This document shows, one piece after another, positions 27,460 through 41,150 of a DNA stretch of 64,000 nt. Every line of letters begins with the position of its first letter. The stretch's first letter is position 1. The stretch comes from Vicugna vicugna (lineage: Eukaryota): positions 3,261,380 through 3,325,379 of the forward strand of contig MU062600.1 of assembly GCA_013265495.1 (NCBI GenBank). The letters run 5' to 3'. A program made the position numbers and the translations under genes. The notes beneath the pieces were generated by a model. The model had not been told where the DNA came from. It did no database searches and was given only the letters and a program-made list of their open reading frames with translations.

Positions 27460-27960
27460 TCCTAAAAGCCATGTTAAGGATTTTATCCTAAGAACAGAAA
27501 CCCAACAAGTTGGTGCAGAGATGACCAGAGAGTTGAGTTTTAGGAAGATCACTCTGGTGGTAATGGATTAAAAGGGGCAAAAGGATGGAAGGACACAGGA
27601 ATTCTAGAGTCATGTTGAAGGAGTCAGTGGAGGAATGATGGCGGTCTCTTCTAGATGGCACGAGTGGGGATGCAGAAAGTGTGACGGGTGACTGACTGGT
27701 GTGTGTAGCATCTGAGATGGCAGAATCCAAGGATGATACCTAGACATACGATTTTGGAAACTGGCTTAACAGTGATTAACAGGAAATAGAAATAGCAAAA
27801 CACTAGTAAAGGAAGGAGAAGGCTGAGATGATGAGTTTTCTTTAGAACATGCTGAATTAGGGTACCTGTGGGGCATTTAAGGGAATGTGGGTAGTACGTA
27901 GTTGGAGATGCAGATTTGCAGTTTAGGAGAGAGACCTGGGGGTGGAGATACAGATAGCCG
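27460..27960 (-). mobile_element. L2 LINE
   Basis: aaagccatgttaaggattttatcctaag...ttttaggaagatcactctgg...gatgagttttc...ggagatacagat. Confidence 0.75.
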
Positions 27961-29519
27961 TCCTGCATTAATCACACACACTTCTAAGCAACAAGAGACA
28001 AGTTCAAGTTCCAAACACATATGCCTTACTATTTAGGAGAACTTTCTGTTTATACTCCATCTTATCAATTAGAAGTGGCTTCAGCAAATTCTCGTCATTC
28101 TTGTACTCAACCATCAAAAAATTACAGGAGAACTACTATATTTAATGATAGTATTCCTCTAAAATTCAACACTTTAAGTGGCATTAATTCTCTTTTCCCA
28201 TCTTGTACAGACTTTCAAGAATAAATTCTCTGATCAGGAAGTTCAAAAGTTCACATATTATTTTAACTGCCTTTCTCAATTTAAATTCTCACTTCACCAT
28301 TTGTACCAGTCATGAACGATTTTATCACTTTATTTCCCCCATGGAGGAAATGATTCCTGAGAGGGACTGCCAACAAAAACCAGTGTGAGAAACCTTAGTG
28401 AGAGTGTCTTTATTCTAGAAGCTCTTGGAAAGTCCACTTTGGTTAGGGGGTGCGTCTCTTTTCTTGTCATAGTCTCCATCACAAAAGGGCTTTTAACTTG
28501 GCTATATTACTGCCCAGTAGACAGGAGTTTTGGCAGGCAATTTTTTTTTCACATTAGCATGGAATTTTTTGTGTCTAGATAATAGCTTAAGTATCAGTTG
28601 CTCCTGCTCAGTTAAGAAAAAATAGAAAGAAGGGACTCATTATGGCTTTTCCTCCCCCAAAATGATGAATACATTTAAGACAAGAGCATTCTGCTTCCTT
28701 TGAAAAAGTTAGGTCATGCTAACTTTCTGCATGCTTAGGAGAATATGGTAGTTGGGCAACAACACTATAAAAGGCACTTCTCTTGTTAACACCAGCTAAA
28801 AATCACTCGACTTCAAGGAAAAATTGCAGCAAATGAAAGAAAGGAATGTATCACTCGCCTCCTCCAAAGCTTCCTGTACACATCAAACAAATCAAAACAT
28901 GCCCAAGTACATTTATGAAGAAGATTGTTTTGATAATCCACGCATGAACCCCAATTTGCAAAAAGCTGACTTAAGAAAATAAGACATTATTCCATGGAAA
29001 ATAACTTTTCAATACAGAATAGAAGTTTTGTCTTTATAATTGGAAGAATTCTTTTTCTTCCTTATCAAAGCACAGAATTTTAAAATTTTTCACAGAACTC
29101 AGTAAGAAAGATCCCTTCCCCCAATCACAGTATCTTGAGAGTTAGTGAAAGATTTGGACACAAGCACACTGCGGAGAAATACACTCTTTCTGACTCCACT
29201 GGCACTTGCTTATGCTTTTTGTCTCTATGCAGATCAGGGAGGGTGGATGTCAGGACCTGACCAATGTGGCAGGAAATGGGCACCACCGCTATTCACCTGG
29301 TGTTAGGAGGAGCTGCTGGACAGTTTGGTTCCAAGACAACAAACATGAAATGTCTGAGCTGGAAGGAGTCTATTCTTTCCACATTCGGGAAATGCCCCAT
29401 AACTGATTCCTCTAAGTGATTATTCCTCCATGCCAGCCTTGGCCAAAAATAGCTCTACCCCTACATGAAGGGTACGCAGGATTTTCTGCCAAACTCCACA
29501 GGAAACAAACAACGCTCTT

Positions 29520-29985
29520 TAGCTTTTTATTCACTTTTAACAGAGGTTAACATATAGAAAGATGCATAAATAGTAAGAGTACGCTCAATGAATTTTCACA
29601 GAGTGAACACACCCATGGAAACAGCAGCCTGATCAAGAAGCAGAGCATTGTCAGCCTCCCAGGGGCCCTGCCTTGGCTTCTACTCGCAGCCCCTCCTCCA
29701 AGGATAAACACTAATCTGTCTTCTTACAACACAGATTGATTGAGCCTATCACTGAACTTGATTTAAAAGGAATCGTATAGTTTGCATCTTCGTAAATGAC
29801 TCTCTTGATTCAACATCATGCTTGTGAGATTCACTCACCCAGTGAGCCTTGGTAGTTCGTCCAGTCTTGCTGCGTGTGGTGTTCCATTTTGAATATATCC
29901 CAATGTATCTGTTCAAATATTGATGGACATTGGGTTTATTATAAGCAGGATTGCTGTGAACATTCTTGTAGCTGTCTTTTAATGA
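29520..29985 (-). mobile_element. L1ME3/4-like 3' fragment
   Basis: gctcaatgaattttcacagagtgaacacacccatg...atcaagaagcagagcattg...caacatcatgcttgtgagattca. Confidence 0.75.
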
Positions 29986-30270
29986 CTGTGTTGGTGCCGG
30001 TCACGAGGCCCCATAACCATGAGTTGGAATCCCTTCCCCTCCCTCCTCCCACCTGAGACTCTGATGGAACCTTCTCTTTGTAATGGCCAGATCTCCCAGT
30101 GACGTCAAGGACGTGTGTAATAAACTTTCTCTCTTTTTACCGTCTGACGTTTATTCATCCACCCAGGAAAATTACTCTTTGCCTATTTACGACCCACATA
30201 TTCGGGTGGGGCTTCTCCCTGGAGTAAGCCAGGAGCCTGTGGACGAGGACAACTGGAGCATCCCACTGCT
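29986..30270 (+). mobile_element. Unassigned LTR-like insert (about 285 bp)
   Basis: CpG-retaining segment between two L1s. It starts TGTGTTGG and contains TGACGTCA, then AATAAA followed by a pyrimidine tract, an LTR R/U5-like layout. Family not recognised. Confidence 0.4.
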
Positions 30271-32640
30271 GTTTCGTATTACTTTTGTAACAGCTTTATT
30301 GAAATATAATTCACATGCCATATAATTCACCTTCCTAAAGTGCGCCCTTCCGTGGTTTTCAGTGTAGGCATACATTTTATTGTGCTTGGCTTTACAGTGT
30401 TTCACAGGTTTTTTTTTTTTTTTACAAACTGGAGGTTTGTGGCAGNNNNNNNNNNNNNNNNNNNNNNNNNNNNNNNNNNNNNNNNNNNNNNNNNNNNNNN
30501 NNNNNNNNNNNNNNNNNNNNNNNNNNNNNNNNNNNNNNNNNNNNNNNNNNNNNNNNNNNNNNNNNNNNNNNNNNNNNNNNNNNNNNNNNNNNNNNNNNNN
30601 NNNNNNNNNNNNNNNNNNNNNNNNNNNNNNNNNNNNNNGTTCTTTTTGACTCAAAGGTAGTGCACAATAGAGGGTAAACACACCTTTAATATGCACCCAG
30701 AAACCTAAAAATTCATGTGGCTCCCTTTTCTTTGGTATTTGCTTTAATGTGGTGTTCTGGAACTGAACCCACAGTATCTCTGAGGTATGCCTGTATATTC
30801 AGAGATATGTGAAACCATCACCACAGTCTGTTTTTCAACATTTTCATCATCTCAAAAAGGAATCCCATACCCGCTGGCTGTCGCCCTCCTAGCTACCAAT
30901 CCCCCTCCAAGCCCTGAGAAATCACTCATTTACTGTTTCTATGGATTTGCCTATCTGAACATTTCTCCGAAATAGAATGACATAGTATGTGGCTTCCTGT
31001 GACTGGCTCCTTTAACTTAGCTTGATGGTTTCATGGCTCATCCACATGGAAGCGGGTATCAGTACTTCATTCTTTCTATGGCCAAATAATATTCAATTGT
31101 ATAAGACATGCCACGTGTTGTTTATTCACTGGTCAGTTAACAGATATTTAGGTTGTTTCCACATTTGGGCTGTCATAAATAATAATGCTGCAAACATTTA
31201 CGATGAGTGTTTTTGTAGCTAGATATGTTCACTTACATTGATATATACCTAGGAATGGAATTGCTGGGACATGCGGTAATTCTATGTGTGACCATTTGAG
31301 AAACTGCCAGATTGCTTTCCAAAGTACTAGCACCATTTTATATTCCCACTGGCCGTCTAAGAGGGTCCCAATTTCTTCACACCCTTGCCAACACTTCCTA
31401 TCATCTGTCTTTTTCAAACAGCCATCCTAGAGGGTATGAGATACATCCTAGGGTGTTATCTTGTGATTCTGATCCACATTTCTCTGATGACTAATGATGT
31501 CAGGAATCTTTTCATGCGTTCATTGTCTATTTATATATCTTCTTTGCAAATGTGTCTATTTAGATCCTTTGTCCATTAAAATTTTTTTTTATTATTGAGT
31601 TGTGAGAGTTCTTTATATACTCTGGATATAAGTCTCTAATCAGATATATGAATGGAAAATCTTTTCTCCAATTCTGTAGGTGTCTTTTCACTCTCTTGAT
31701 AGTATCCTTTGAATTATAGAAAATTTTAATTTTGATGGAGACCAATTTATTTTTACTTTCGTTTCTCATGCTTTTGGTATCATAAGAATTCATTGCTAAA
31801 TCCAAGGTCATGCAGATGTATTCCTTAATTTCCTTCTAAAAGTTTTGTAGATTAACATTTACATATATTTTACATTTAGGTCTCTGAACCACTTTGAGTT
31901 AATTTTTTAAATAGATATGAGGAAAGGGTTCAATTTCATTCTTTCATATGAAATGATTCAGTCATCTCAACATCATCTATTGAAAAGACTATTCTTTCTC
32001 CAATGGTCTTAACACTGTTGTTAAAATCAGTTGACCATGGACACATGGGCTTCAGTTTGCACTCTCATTTCTATTCCATTGACCTGTATGGCTATCACTA
32101 AGCCAGTAACACACTGTTTTGATTATTCTCATTTTGTAGTATGTTTTGAAATGGGAAAGTTTTGGAATTTGAAAGCCTCCAATTTGTTCTTGTTTTTCAA
32201 GATTGTTTTGGTTATTCTGGGTCCCCTGCAATTTTTTAATTCTAAAATCAGCTCATCAATTGGTACAAAGAAGCCAGCTGGGATTCCAGTAAGGGTTGCA
32301 CTGAGTCTGAACATCAACTTTGGGAGTACTGTCAACTTAACAATNNNNNNNNNNNNNNNNNNNNNNNNNNNNNNNNNNNNNNNNNNNNNNNNNNNNNNNN
32401 NNNNNNNNNNNNNNNNNNNNNNNNNNNNNNNNNNNNNNNNNNNNNNNNNNNNNNNNNNNNNNNNNNNNNNNNNNNNNNNNNNNNNNNNNNNNNNNNNNNN
32501 NNNNNNNNNNNNNNNNNNNNNNNNNNNNNNNNNNNNNNNNNNNNNNNNNNNNNNNNNNNNNNNNNNNNNNNNNNNNNNNNNNNNNNNNNNNNNNNNNNNN
32601 NNNNNNNNNNNNNNNNNNNNNNNNNNNNNNNNTACTCCTT
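30271..32640 (-). mobile_element. L1MB-type LINE, about 1.9 kb net, interrupted by the Tigger1 MITE and an N gap
   Basis: cagctttattgaaatataattcacatgccat 3' end. Decayed ORF2 peptides in the minus ORFs at 31229-31417 and 32129-32335. Confidence 0.9.
30363..30795 (-). mobile_element. Internally deleted Tigger1 (TcMar-Tigger) MITE, 433 bp including an N gap
   Basis: Left end tgtaggcatac...ttacaaactggaggtttgtggca and right end gaactgaacccacagtatctctgaggtatgcctgTA match the two Tigger1 termini (TIR CAGGCATACCTC). The insertion sits at a TA within the L1. Confidence 0.88.
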
Positions 32641-33425
32641 AGGACTTTCTTTATATAAGATTTGCATCCTTTAAAAAAATTTCTTAGAGAAACATAATCA
32701 CAGCAAAGAGGAAACCAGGTAAGTTCAATGTATCATTTTCTAACAATTTTCTGGATATGGACAGATAGCATCCTCTGACCCTAAGGAATACTCTGCAAAG
32801 GAATTCAGTGGAGAAGGAATGCATTTTGTTTTCTCAGTTGACTGTACAATCAGGCTGGAAAAAAATCATATGTAATATTTTGCAATTAGAAATAGGTTAT
32901 TCCATTTTATTTGGGCACCTAATGAGCATACTGAGAAGAATTAAAAATAAGCCTTATAATAAAGTGATAAAGCAAAATTCAAATTGATGAAGACACTCTG
33001 GCAACTTTCTAAAAGAATACATAGGATTTTATTTGCTACACTAGGCAAAAGATCAGGAAAATGTTATCCAGTTCAGAAGACCAGTGTAATGGAGTTTCTC
33101 TGCAAGTAGCAAATCCATTCATAGTCAGCACAGAACATTTCTCATTCAATAGGTCTTATATTCCCGAAGTGCCCTGTTCTCTTGTTTCTTGTTATTTCTC
33201 GGCAGTTTCTGAATGTACCATAATCTATCCTCATGTTTTGCAGATACAATGTTTGATGTCTTGTAATAAAAACTCTAAAATAATACTATAGTAGACTATG
33301 AGATCATATATCACCACAGTCTGGCCCAAATTGTTCCACATCAAAACAGGTTTTAACCACACAGTGGGGAACACTGCCGTACTCTTCAAAGAAATAAACC
33401 CAACCCTGGGCTAAGGCGGTCTCAC

Positions 33426-33443
33426 TGCTGCCCCCTCGTGGCA
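33426..33443 (-). promoter_or_regulatory. Candidate CTCF site
   Basis: The minus strand reads TGCCACGAGGGGGCAGCA, 13/14 to the core CCASYAGRKGGCRS, in apparently unique DNA. Confidence 0.6.
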
Positions 33444-34611
33444 GATGTGGAGAGAGGACATAGGTGGGTAAAGGCTGAAGCAACTAGGCTCCTTCAACCC
33501 TGATTGGGAAAAGTACTGAAAGGCTGCCCAGTGTGCTGCCATATACAGTAAGACCTTTTATTCTACCAAAAAGACATTGAGGGCTAAGAAAGTAAGATGG
33601 ACCTCATGAAGACACAGTTATTATGTCCTGGAAGTATCTTATGGCCCTGTTGTGGATGTGTATAACTATACCAATTATCATTTTAATTTCGTCAGAAGAG
33701 GACATCGGAATTAATGTACCACAAACACTTACTGCAACTATTCCATTTCCTCAACCTCTGTGACCTAAAGCAAAACATTTTCTCATTCAAAACTACTGAG
33801 GACCATTATAAAACATTTATTTGAAAATTACACCGACATCTGATGAGGCTAATAATGTGCTCACTGTAAACATGTTATTTCCTAAAACACTGATGTTCTG
33901 AGCAAACATTAATCCATAAGTCTGTTCCTAATTCATTATCTGAATTAATTACATATTTAGATAATTCCCAACAAACCAATGTTATCAAACTATGGGAAAT
34001 ATTCATCAGCAATAAACACATCTAAATGTGATTTTTTAAATCACTGAGGAAATAAGAAACATATATTTAAGAAAAATTATTCCAATTTGCAAAGTGGAAA
34101 AATGAAATATTTGAAATGATAATTGTTTTTATCAGTTTGTTCACTGTTGAAATTAGACTGACCACTTTCTTGCTTTCATTTTATTCGTTGTAAGAATATT
34201 CAATTGCTTTGGCCAGGTATCAAGGGGACTTATTAAAATGCTAGAAGGAAACATACAAATAATTGGTTCCTTTTTATGGCAGATTTGATAAACTTTTTTT
34301 TTTTTTTACAAAAATATGCTCTAATTCTGGGCTAACACCAAATGCTTCTTCGAGAAATGAGTATTTCTACTATATGGTGACCTACACAATTTTTAATAAC
34401 TACAGTTTGGAATGAGTATAAGATACTGGGTATTACTTATGATTGTGGTGGGAGCACCAATCATAATCATATAATTTCACTTCTCAAACAAATTCCAACA
34501 CTTATCCCAATCCAACCCACTTTTATCACATATTTATCACCTGCAAAGTGCTTTGGTAGCATTTTATTTTGCTACTTATAAGTAAATTTAAATTTTTTTA
34601 CATGATGGATT

Positions 34612-36592
34612 TTTTAAAAAAAATTGAAATGCAACTGACATAAAATAATGTAAGTTTAGGATGCACAACACATTGATTTGATGCATTTGTGTGTTACAAT
34701 ATGAGTACCACTGTAATATTAGCTAACACTTCTACCACCCCACATAATTAACACTTCTTTCTGATGGTGAACATTTAAGATCTGTTCTCTTAGCAACTCT
34801 GAAATATATAATATAGTACTGTTGACTATAATCATAATGCTGTGCATTGGATCTCCAGAACTCATTCCTCTTCTAACTTCAAGTATGTGTCCTTTGACCA
34901 GCATCATCTCAATTCCCCCACCCCACAGCCCACATTCTACTGTTTCTACGAGTTCAGCTTTTTCAGATTCCACATGTAAATGATATCACACAATATTTAT
35001 CTTTCTCTGTCTGACTTACTTAGCATAACACTCTCAAGATCCATCTATGTTGTTGCAAACAGCAAGATTTCCTTCTTTCTCATAGCTGAGTAATGTTTAT
35101 ATTCATATACATCACATGTCCTTTATCCATTCATCCATTGATGGACACTTAGGTTATTTCCGTATCTTGACTATTATGAATTATGCTGCAGTGAACATGG
35201 GGGTACCTGTATCTTTTCAATATGCTGTTGTCATTTTCTTTGGATATGTAACCTGAAGTGGGATTGCTGGATCATATGGTAAGTTGATTAAATTTTTGAA
35301 GACTCCTGTTTACTGTAGTGGCTGAACCAGTTTACATTCCCACCAACAGTGCATGAGGGTTTCCTTTTCTCTACATCCTCACTAACACCTATTATTTATT
35401 GTTTTTTGATTTTAGTCNNNNNNNNNNNNNNNNNNNNNNNNNNNNNNNNNNNNNNNNNNNNNNNNNNNNNNNNNNNNNNNNNNNNNNNNNNNNNNNNNNN
35501 NNNNNNNNNNNNNNNNNNNNNNNNNNNNNNNNNNNNNNNNNNNNNNNNNNNNNNNNNNAAAATTGGACTGTTTGCTTTTTTTAATGTTGAGTTGTATGAG
35601 CTATTTATACATTTTGGATATTAACTGTTTATCTGGTATGGTTTGAAACCATTTCTCCCATTCCAGTTTGCCTTTTCATTTTGTTGATTTTCTTCCGTGG
35701 TGCAGAAGCTTTTTAGTTTGATGTAGTCCCACTGGTTGATTTTTTATTTTGTTGTTTATGCATTTGGTATCATATCTAAAAATTTATTGCCAAGTCAACA
35801 TCAAATAGCTTTTCCCCTATTTTTCCTTCTGGGAGTTTTATGGTTTCAAGTCTTATGTTTAAGTCTTTAATCCATTTTGAGTTCATTTTTGTGAAGCTAG
35901 GAATCCAATTTCATTTTTCTAAATTTTTCTAAATGTGGTTATCTCATTTTCCCAGCACCATTTATTTAAGAGGCTATTCTTTCCGCATTGAGACTTCTTG
36001 GCCCCTTGTCAGGTATTAGCTAATGTTATATGTGGGAGTTTATTTCTGGGCTCTATATTATGTTCTCTTGGTCTGTGTGTTTATTTTTATGCCAGTGCCA
36101 TACTGTTTTGATTAATATATCTTTGTAATAAAGTTTGAAATCAGGAAGTGCAATGCCTCTAGTTTTGTTCTTTCTCAGGATTGCTGTGCCTATTCTAGGT
36201 CTCGTGGTGCCATACAAATTTCAGAGTTTTTCTATTTTTGTGAAAAATGCCATTGGAATTTTGATAGAGATGGTATTGAATCTATAAATGGCCTTGAGTA
36301 ATATGTATATTTTAACGATATTAATTCTTCTGTTCCATGAACACAGGATATCTTTCCATCCATTTGTCTTCTTCAATTTACTTCATCAAAGTCTTCTAGT
36401 TTTCATTGTATAGATCTTTTCCTTCCTCGGTTAATTTATTTCTGAGTATTTTATTGATGCTATTGTGAACAAGATTGCTTACTTTATTTCTTTTCTAGAT
36501 ATTTTGTTGTTAGTGTATAGAAACACAACTGCTTTCTGTATGCTAATTTCATATCTTACAACTTCACTGAACTTGTTGATTAGTTTCAACAT
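34612..36592 (-). mobile_element. L1MA9-like LINE, about 2 kb (3' UTR plus ORF2 end), with an N gap
   Basis: tggtgaacatttaagatctgttctcttagcaac...ttttcagattccacatgtaa...gaaatcaggaagtgcaatgcctctag. Confidence 0.9.
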
Positions 36593-37309
36593 TTTAAAGA
36601 GTTTGGATTAACTACTAGAACATCACTATCTTCACTCATGAAGTTGCACTGCTGACAGAACATTGTGACAGGTAAGGATTCTTTTCCTTTTAAGTAATGG
36701 TCTCAGTCACTGAATGACAAGTGACAATGGGGTGCCTATAAAGTCCATAGACAAGGTCTATTGGGCACAGCTGGATACAAAATTTCCTTGCCTCTTCTGT
36801 GTTCCAAACTACCATGTCACCTGATATTATTACTACACTTGGCTGATTTTTGTCACAACTCTGCACATGAAACTCCTTAGGATCCAGAACACGGCTGTCA
36901 CAGGGGTGGTGGCCAGGTAGGGGGTGTACACTCTCCACCCTGTAATGGGCCCATTCAGGTTGACAGAAGGTCAGTTACCAAGAGACCTCACTCACGTAGA
37001 TTCAAAGCAAACCTCAAATAGTTTTATGATGATTCAATCTTTGTTTCAGCTTCCCAAAAGGTCAAGGGGGAAACTTAAGGGATTTGACAGATTTTTAGAA
37101 AAGCAAATGGTACAAAAAAAAAATGACATTTTCTTAGAGGCTTTCCACAGCAGCATTGTCTTAAACCTATTTCAAAAGTAAGAAAAAAATCTAAAAGCCT
37201 ACTGCTCATGACTGATTTGAAAATGTTTACATTTGTGTGCTACGCCACATTTCAGGGCTAAGGACAACCAGAGTATGATAAGCATCTTCTATCAATGACT
37301 GATATTTCC

Positions 37310-37556
37310 CTGACTGAGTGCTTCCTACGTGCTGGGTATTGTACTAAAGGAATGACATTTATTGTCTTATTATCATATTAAATCCTCCCAATAATCCAAT
37401 GAGGTAGATATCGCTACTCATATTATATTACAATTATAGAGGGGACTGAGGCTCAAAAATAAAGTGAATTGCCCCAAATCACCGTCAGTGAATGGCAGAT
37501 CTAGGGATGAAATCTGCTCTCTGTCTTCAAAGACTGTGCCCTCAAACATTATGCTA
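37310..37556 (-). mobile_element. Near full-length MIR SINE
   Basis: ctgagtgcttcctacgtgctggg...aatccaatgaggtag...gactgaggctca...gtgaattgcccc...aaagactgtgccct. Confidence 0.8.
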
Positions 37557-38999
37557 CAATTCTCCTTTTCTCGTGCCTCTGTCTTCCTTTTGCTCACATT
37601 TTACACCCTTTTTATGTCTCAAGTGCCATCACATGATTGCATCTTTCTCCGGTAGGAGGGATGGAATCCAAGTCCATCTATCCGTCCTTCTGTCTCTCCA
37701 TCCCTTCCTCCCTCCCTTCTTTCCTTCTCTACTAACAAAGTTTTACTAAAGCTATTCTGAGGGCTGGGTCTCCAAAGCTCTCACAATCCCTAAGGGCAGG
37801 ATCTACATTTTTCTATTGTGAAATTCCCCATGCTTGCCACAACTGCGGATATAAATTAAAGGGTGAATCATGAACGATAGGAGAACAAAATCCTGCTCTC
37901 TAGGAACGTCACAAGCCTGGGGCCACAGCAAAGAGTCTGGACGCCCCAACAAGTGATAGCTGCTGGTGAGAATAAGCAGGTTATCATGGATGACTTCATT
38001 TTGGGGAACAGTCTATAAAGCAGTTAGAGGTACTCACTATTCTGTTGCATATTTACTCCTCTCCTTTTCTCTGCACAACTGGGCAGACTGATGTGCAAAA
38101 CCTTAAAATGAGAGATTTAATTATATGTGCTGGAGGTACCAAGTGTGTTTTATGTTGGTTCATCCATTGCTTAAAATACTCTAGATACAAGAAAGCTGAT
38201 TTTTTTTCCCCTTAGTTCCTCTGTTGTCAGCTACAAGGGACCCTTTTTTAATATATGTGATTGTGTGGTGTTGATTAAGGGTCCTCTGTTTTTCCAATTA
38301 TTTATTCAACAACAATCTCATTATATATATAAAAGTGAGATTAATTTGAGTGGAATATTTACAATACATTCAGATGTTTCTAGAGTTGAAAGAAAAGTTT
38401 GGGATACTGTTTTTACTCTATTCATAAACATAGACTATTCAGATAAGTATCAGAAACCCCATGTATCTTCACTGCTTGCAAGTAATGGTGACTGCCTTCT
38501 GGGATAAATGGAGAATCACTGAGACTCAGGAAAACAAAAATCCTAAACATGGCTTCTCTTTATTTAAGATCTACCTATGGTTTTGCTTATTGCAAAATAC
38601 AATCTTTTTGAAACAACAGCAAAAAACCCCAAAAAACAAAAAGCCAAAGAAGCCCTAAATAATAATAGCAGCACTGAAAAAGGCAGAGTCTTTTTCTCTG
38701 TCCATAGTAAGACTCTCACGGGAGAACTTTTATTTGAGACTGTCACGTATGAGTTGTGAAATCAAACTTCCCGCAAGTGTGAGCTCTGAGAGACCTGAGA
38801 CATTCCACAGCCTTTTAACTACTTACTCAATAGTGAACAAAGCAGACTTGTTTGTAGCCTGTATAAACCTAACAAACTCTCAGTTGCACACGCACTTCAC
38901 AGGACCTTTGGAAATAACAGACCATGATTCTCTTCCTCAACTATTGATAATCATTGTTCATGCTAAGCGTGTAGGAACATGTGACACCTGGTAAGGCTA

Positions 39000-40145
39000 G
39001 TGACTATTTATATGAAATAACTGATGAAATATAACGAGGATCCATAAATAAACCCTTGCATTTATGAATAATTTACTTTTGACAAGGTCTCTTGGCAACT
39101 GAGTGGAGAAAGAATAATTCTTTTCAACAAATAGTGCTGGGACAGCTATATATCCACCTGCAAGATGCGAGGATGAAGTTGGGCCCTATGCCACATCGTA
39201 CACACAGTTTGAACTGGATCAGAAAATTAAATGTAAGAGCTAAAGCTATAACATTCTTAGAAGAAAACAGAAGTAAATCGTCATGATCTTGGACTAGGCA
39301 ATGTTTTGGTTTTTTAAAACTATGACACCAAAAATACAAATGATAAAAGACAAACAATGGATAAGTCAACATCATCGAAATGAAAACCTATGTTTCACTA
39401 GGCTAATGCAGATAAAAACCGCAATGAGATACTACTTCATACCCACTAGGATGGCTAGAATGAAAAAACACAGATGATAACAAGCGTCAACAAGGATGTG
39501 GACACATTTAGAACCCTCATACATTGCTGGTCAGATGGTAAAATGATGCAGCCTCTTTGGAAAACCAATTCAGAGTTACTCAAAAGGTTAAACCCTAGGT
39601 TACCATATTACCCAGTAATTTCACTCGTAGGTTTACACCCAGGAAAAATGAAGGCATGTATTCACACAAAAACTTGTATTGGAATGTTCATTATTCATGT
39701 TTTTAATAGCCAAAAAGTGGGAAAACCCAAATGTCAATCAACTGATGAATGGATAAATGTAGTGTGTATATATATATATATACAAGGGAATATTATTCAA
39801 CAGTAGAGAAGAAATAAGGTCTGACACATGAATGAAGCTTTAAACATTATGCTAAGTGAAAGAAGCCAGTCACAAAGGGCCAAATGTTGAATGATTTAAC
39901 TCATATGAAATTTCCAGAATAGGTAATCCATAGAAATAGAAAGTAGATTAGTGGAAGCCAGGCAATGAGGAGAGAGGAGAATGAGAAGTAACCGCTATTA
40001 AGTATCGGGTTTCTTTTAGGGGTGATGGAAATATTCTAAATTTAGATTGTGATCATGATTACAGAAGTCTGTGAATACGCTAAAAACCAATGAACTGTAT
40101 ACTTTGACAGGATGAGTTAAATGTCAATAAAGCTGTTATTAAAAA
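39000..40145 (+). mobile_element. L1MB5/7-like LINE 3' portion
   Basis: ttcaacaaatagtgctggg...atgagatactacttcatacccactaggatggc...aataaagctgtt end. Decayed ORF2 peptide in the 39474-39806 ORF. Confidence 0.88.
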
Positions 40146-41084
40146 TCTAATCAGATCAAAAAAAAAATTTGTTGAACAGTTGCTTTATTGCCTGTCTTTT
40201 CCAAGTATTCTGGGAGCTCCAAGTCAGAGTCCTACTGTGTCCCCCAGTGCACCTAGCTGAGAGACTAGAAATTAAAATTTGTCACCCAAGAATTTTTTAA
40301 TAGCCGAATTGAAAACACTTAAGAATGTCAGCTAGGCAAGGAATCAGAAAGTCCACCCACCTATCTACTCCTATTGAAAAACTGATTTATATGTATATTT
40401 TGGCCAAATGAGATTTTAAAAATGAACACAGTAAGAAGAAATTTAGGGTAAAAATGACGGGGTTGGGGGGGGCTTCCCTTATCCCGCTTAAAGTCAAAGT
40501 TAGAAATCCAATAATGAATTACATTTTCTTGTGTGTTCTTTGGTTTGGGGGTAAAGTTGCCCTTAAAGTTGTTCCTCAGTTGCTCCACTTACAATTTTTA
40601 TTCCATTCACAGGACCAGATCTTTTATTATTATTTTTAAGTCTATGCTTCAGATGAAATCTCTTGCCATGTTTGATGACCACCTAAATCAATTACTGACA
40701 TTGTTCTATTCCAACACTCTAAATTTTTTTCTTAATATATGGTTGGGACACTGTGCTAAAAGAATTACTAAACAAAAAATATTTTCACCTTCCACAAATA
40801 GAAGTCTGCATAATCAGAGAGTTTTATTGGAAAGACTTGATATTATTTGCTGCCAACCCCTCTATACAATCTTCCACTTTCCCACTTTTAATTATGCTTA
40901 AATTGACACATATAGTGTGAACTCAGCTATGTAAAAATAATGTACGTAGAAGACAGGCCTTAAGAAAGTTTCTACAATGATTATGTCATCTTTAGTATAG
41001 AAAATTCCTGGAGATTTTTATTTTATTCTTCTACCTTTCTATATTTCTAAATTAACCATAATAACCATGTATTTATTTTAAAAA

Positions 41085-41150
41085 ATATTTACAATGGCCA
41101 AGATGTGGAAACAACTTAAATAGCCACTGACAGATGACTGGATAAAGACT
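41085..41150 (+). mobile_element. Short L1 fragment followed by a (TG)/(TA) repeat
   Basis: tttacaatggccaagatgtggaaacaacttaaa...gacagatgactggataaag. Confidence 0.55.
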
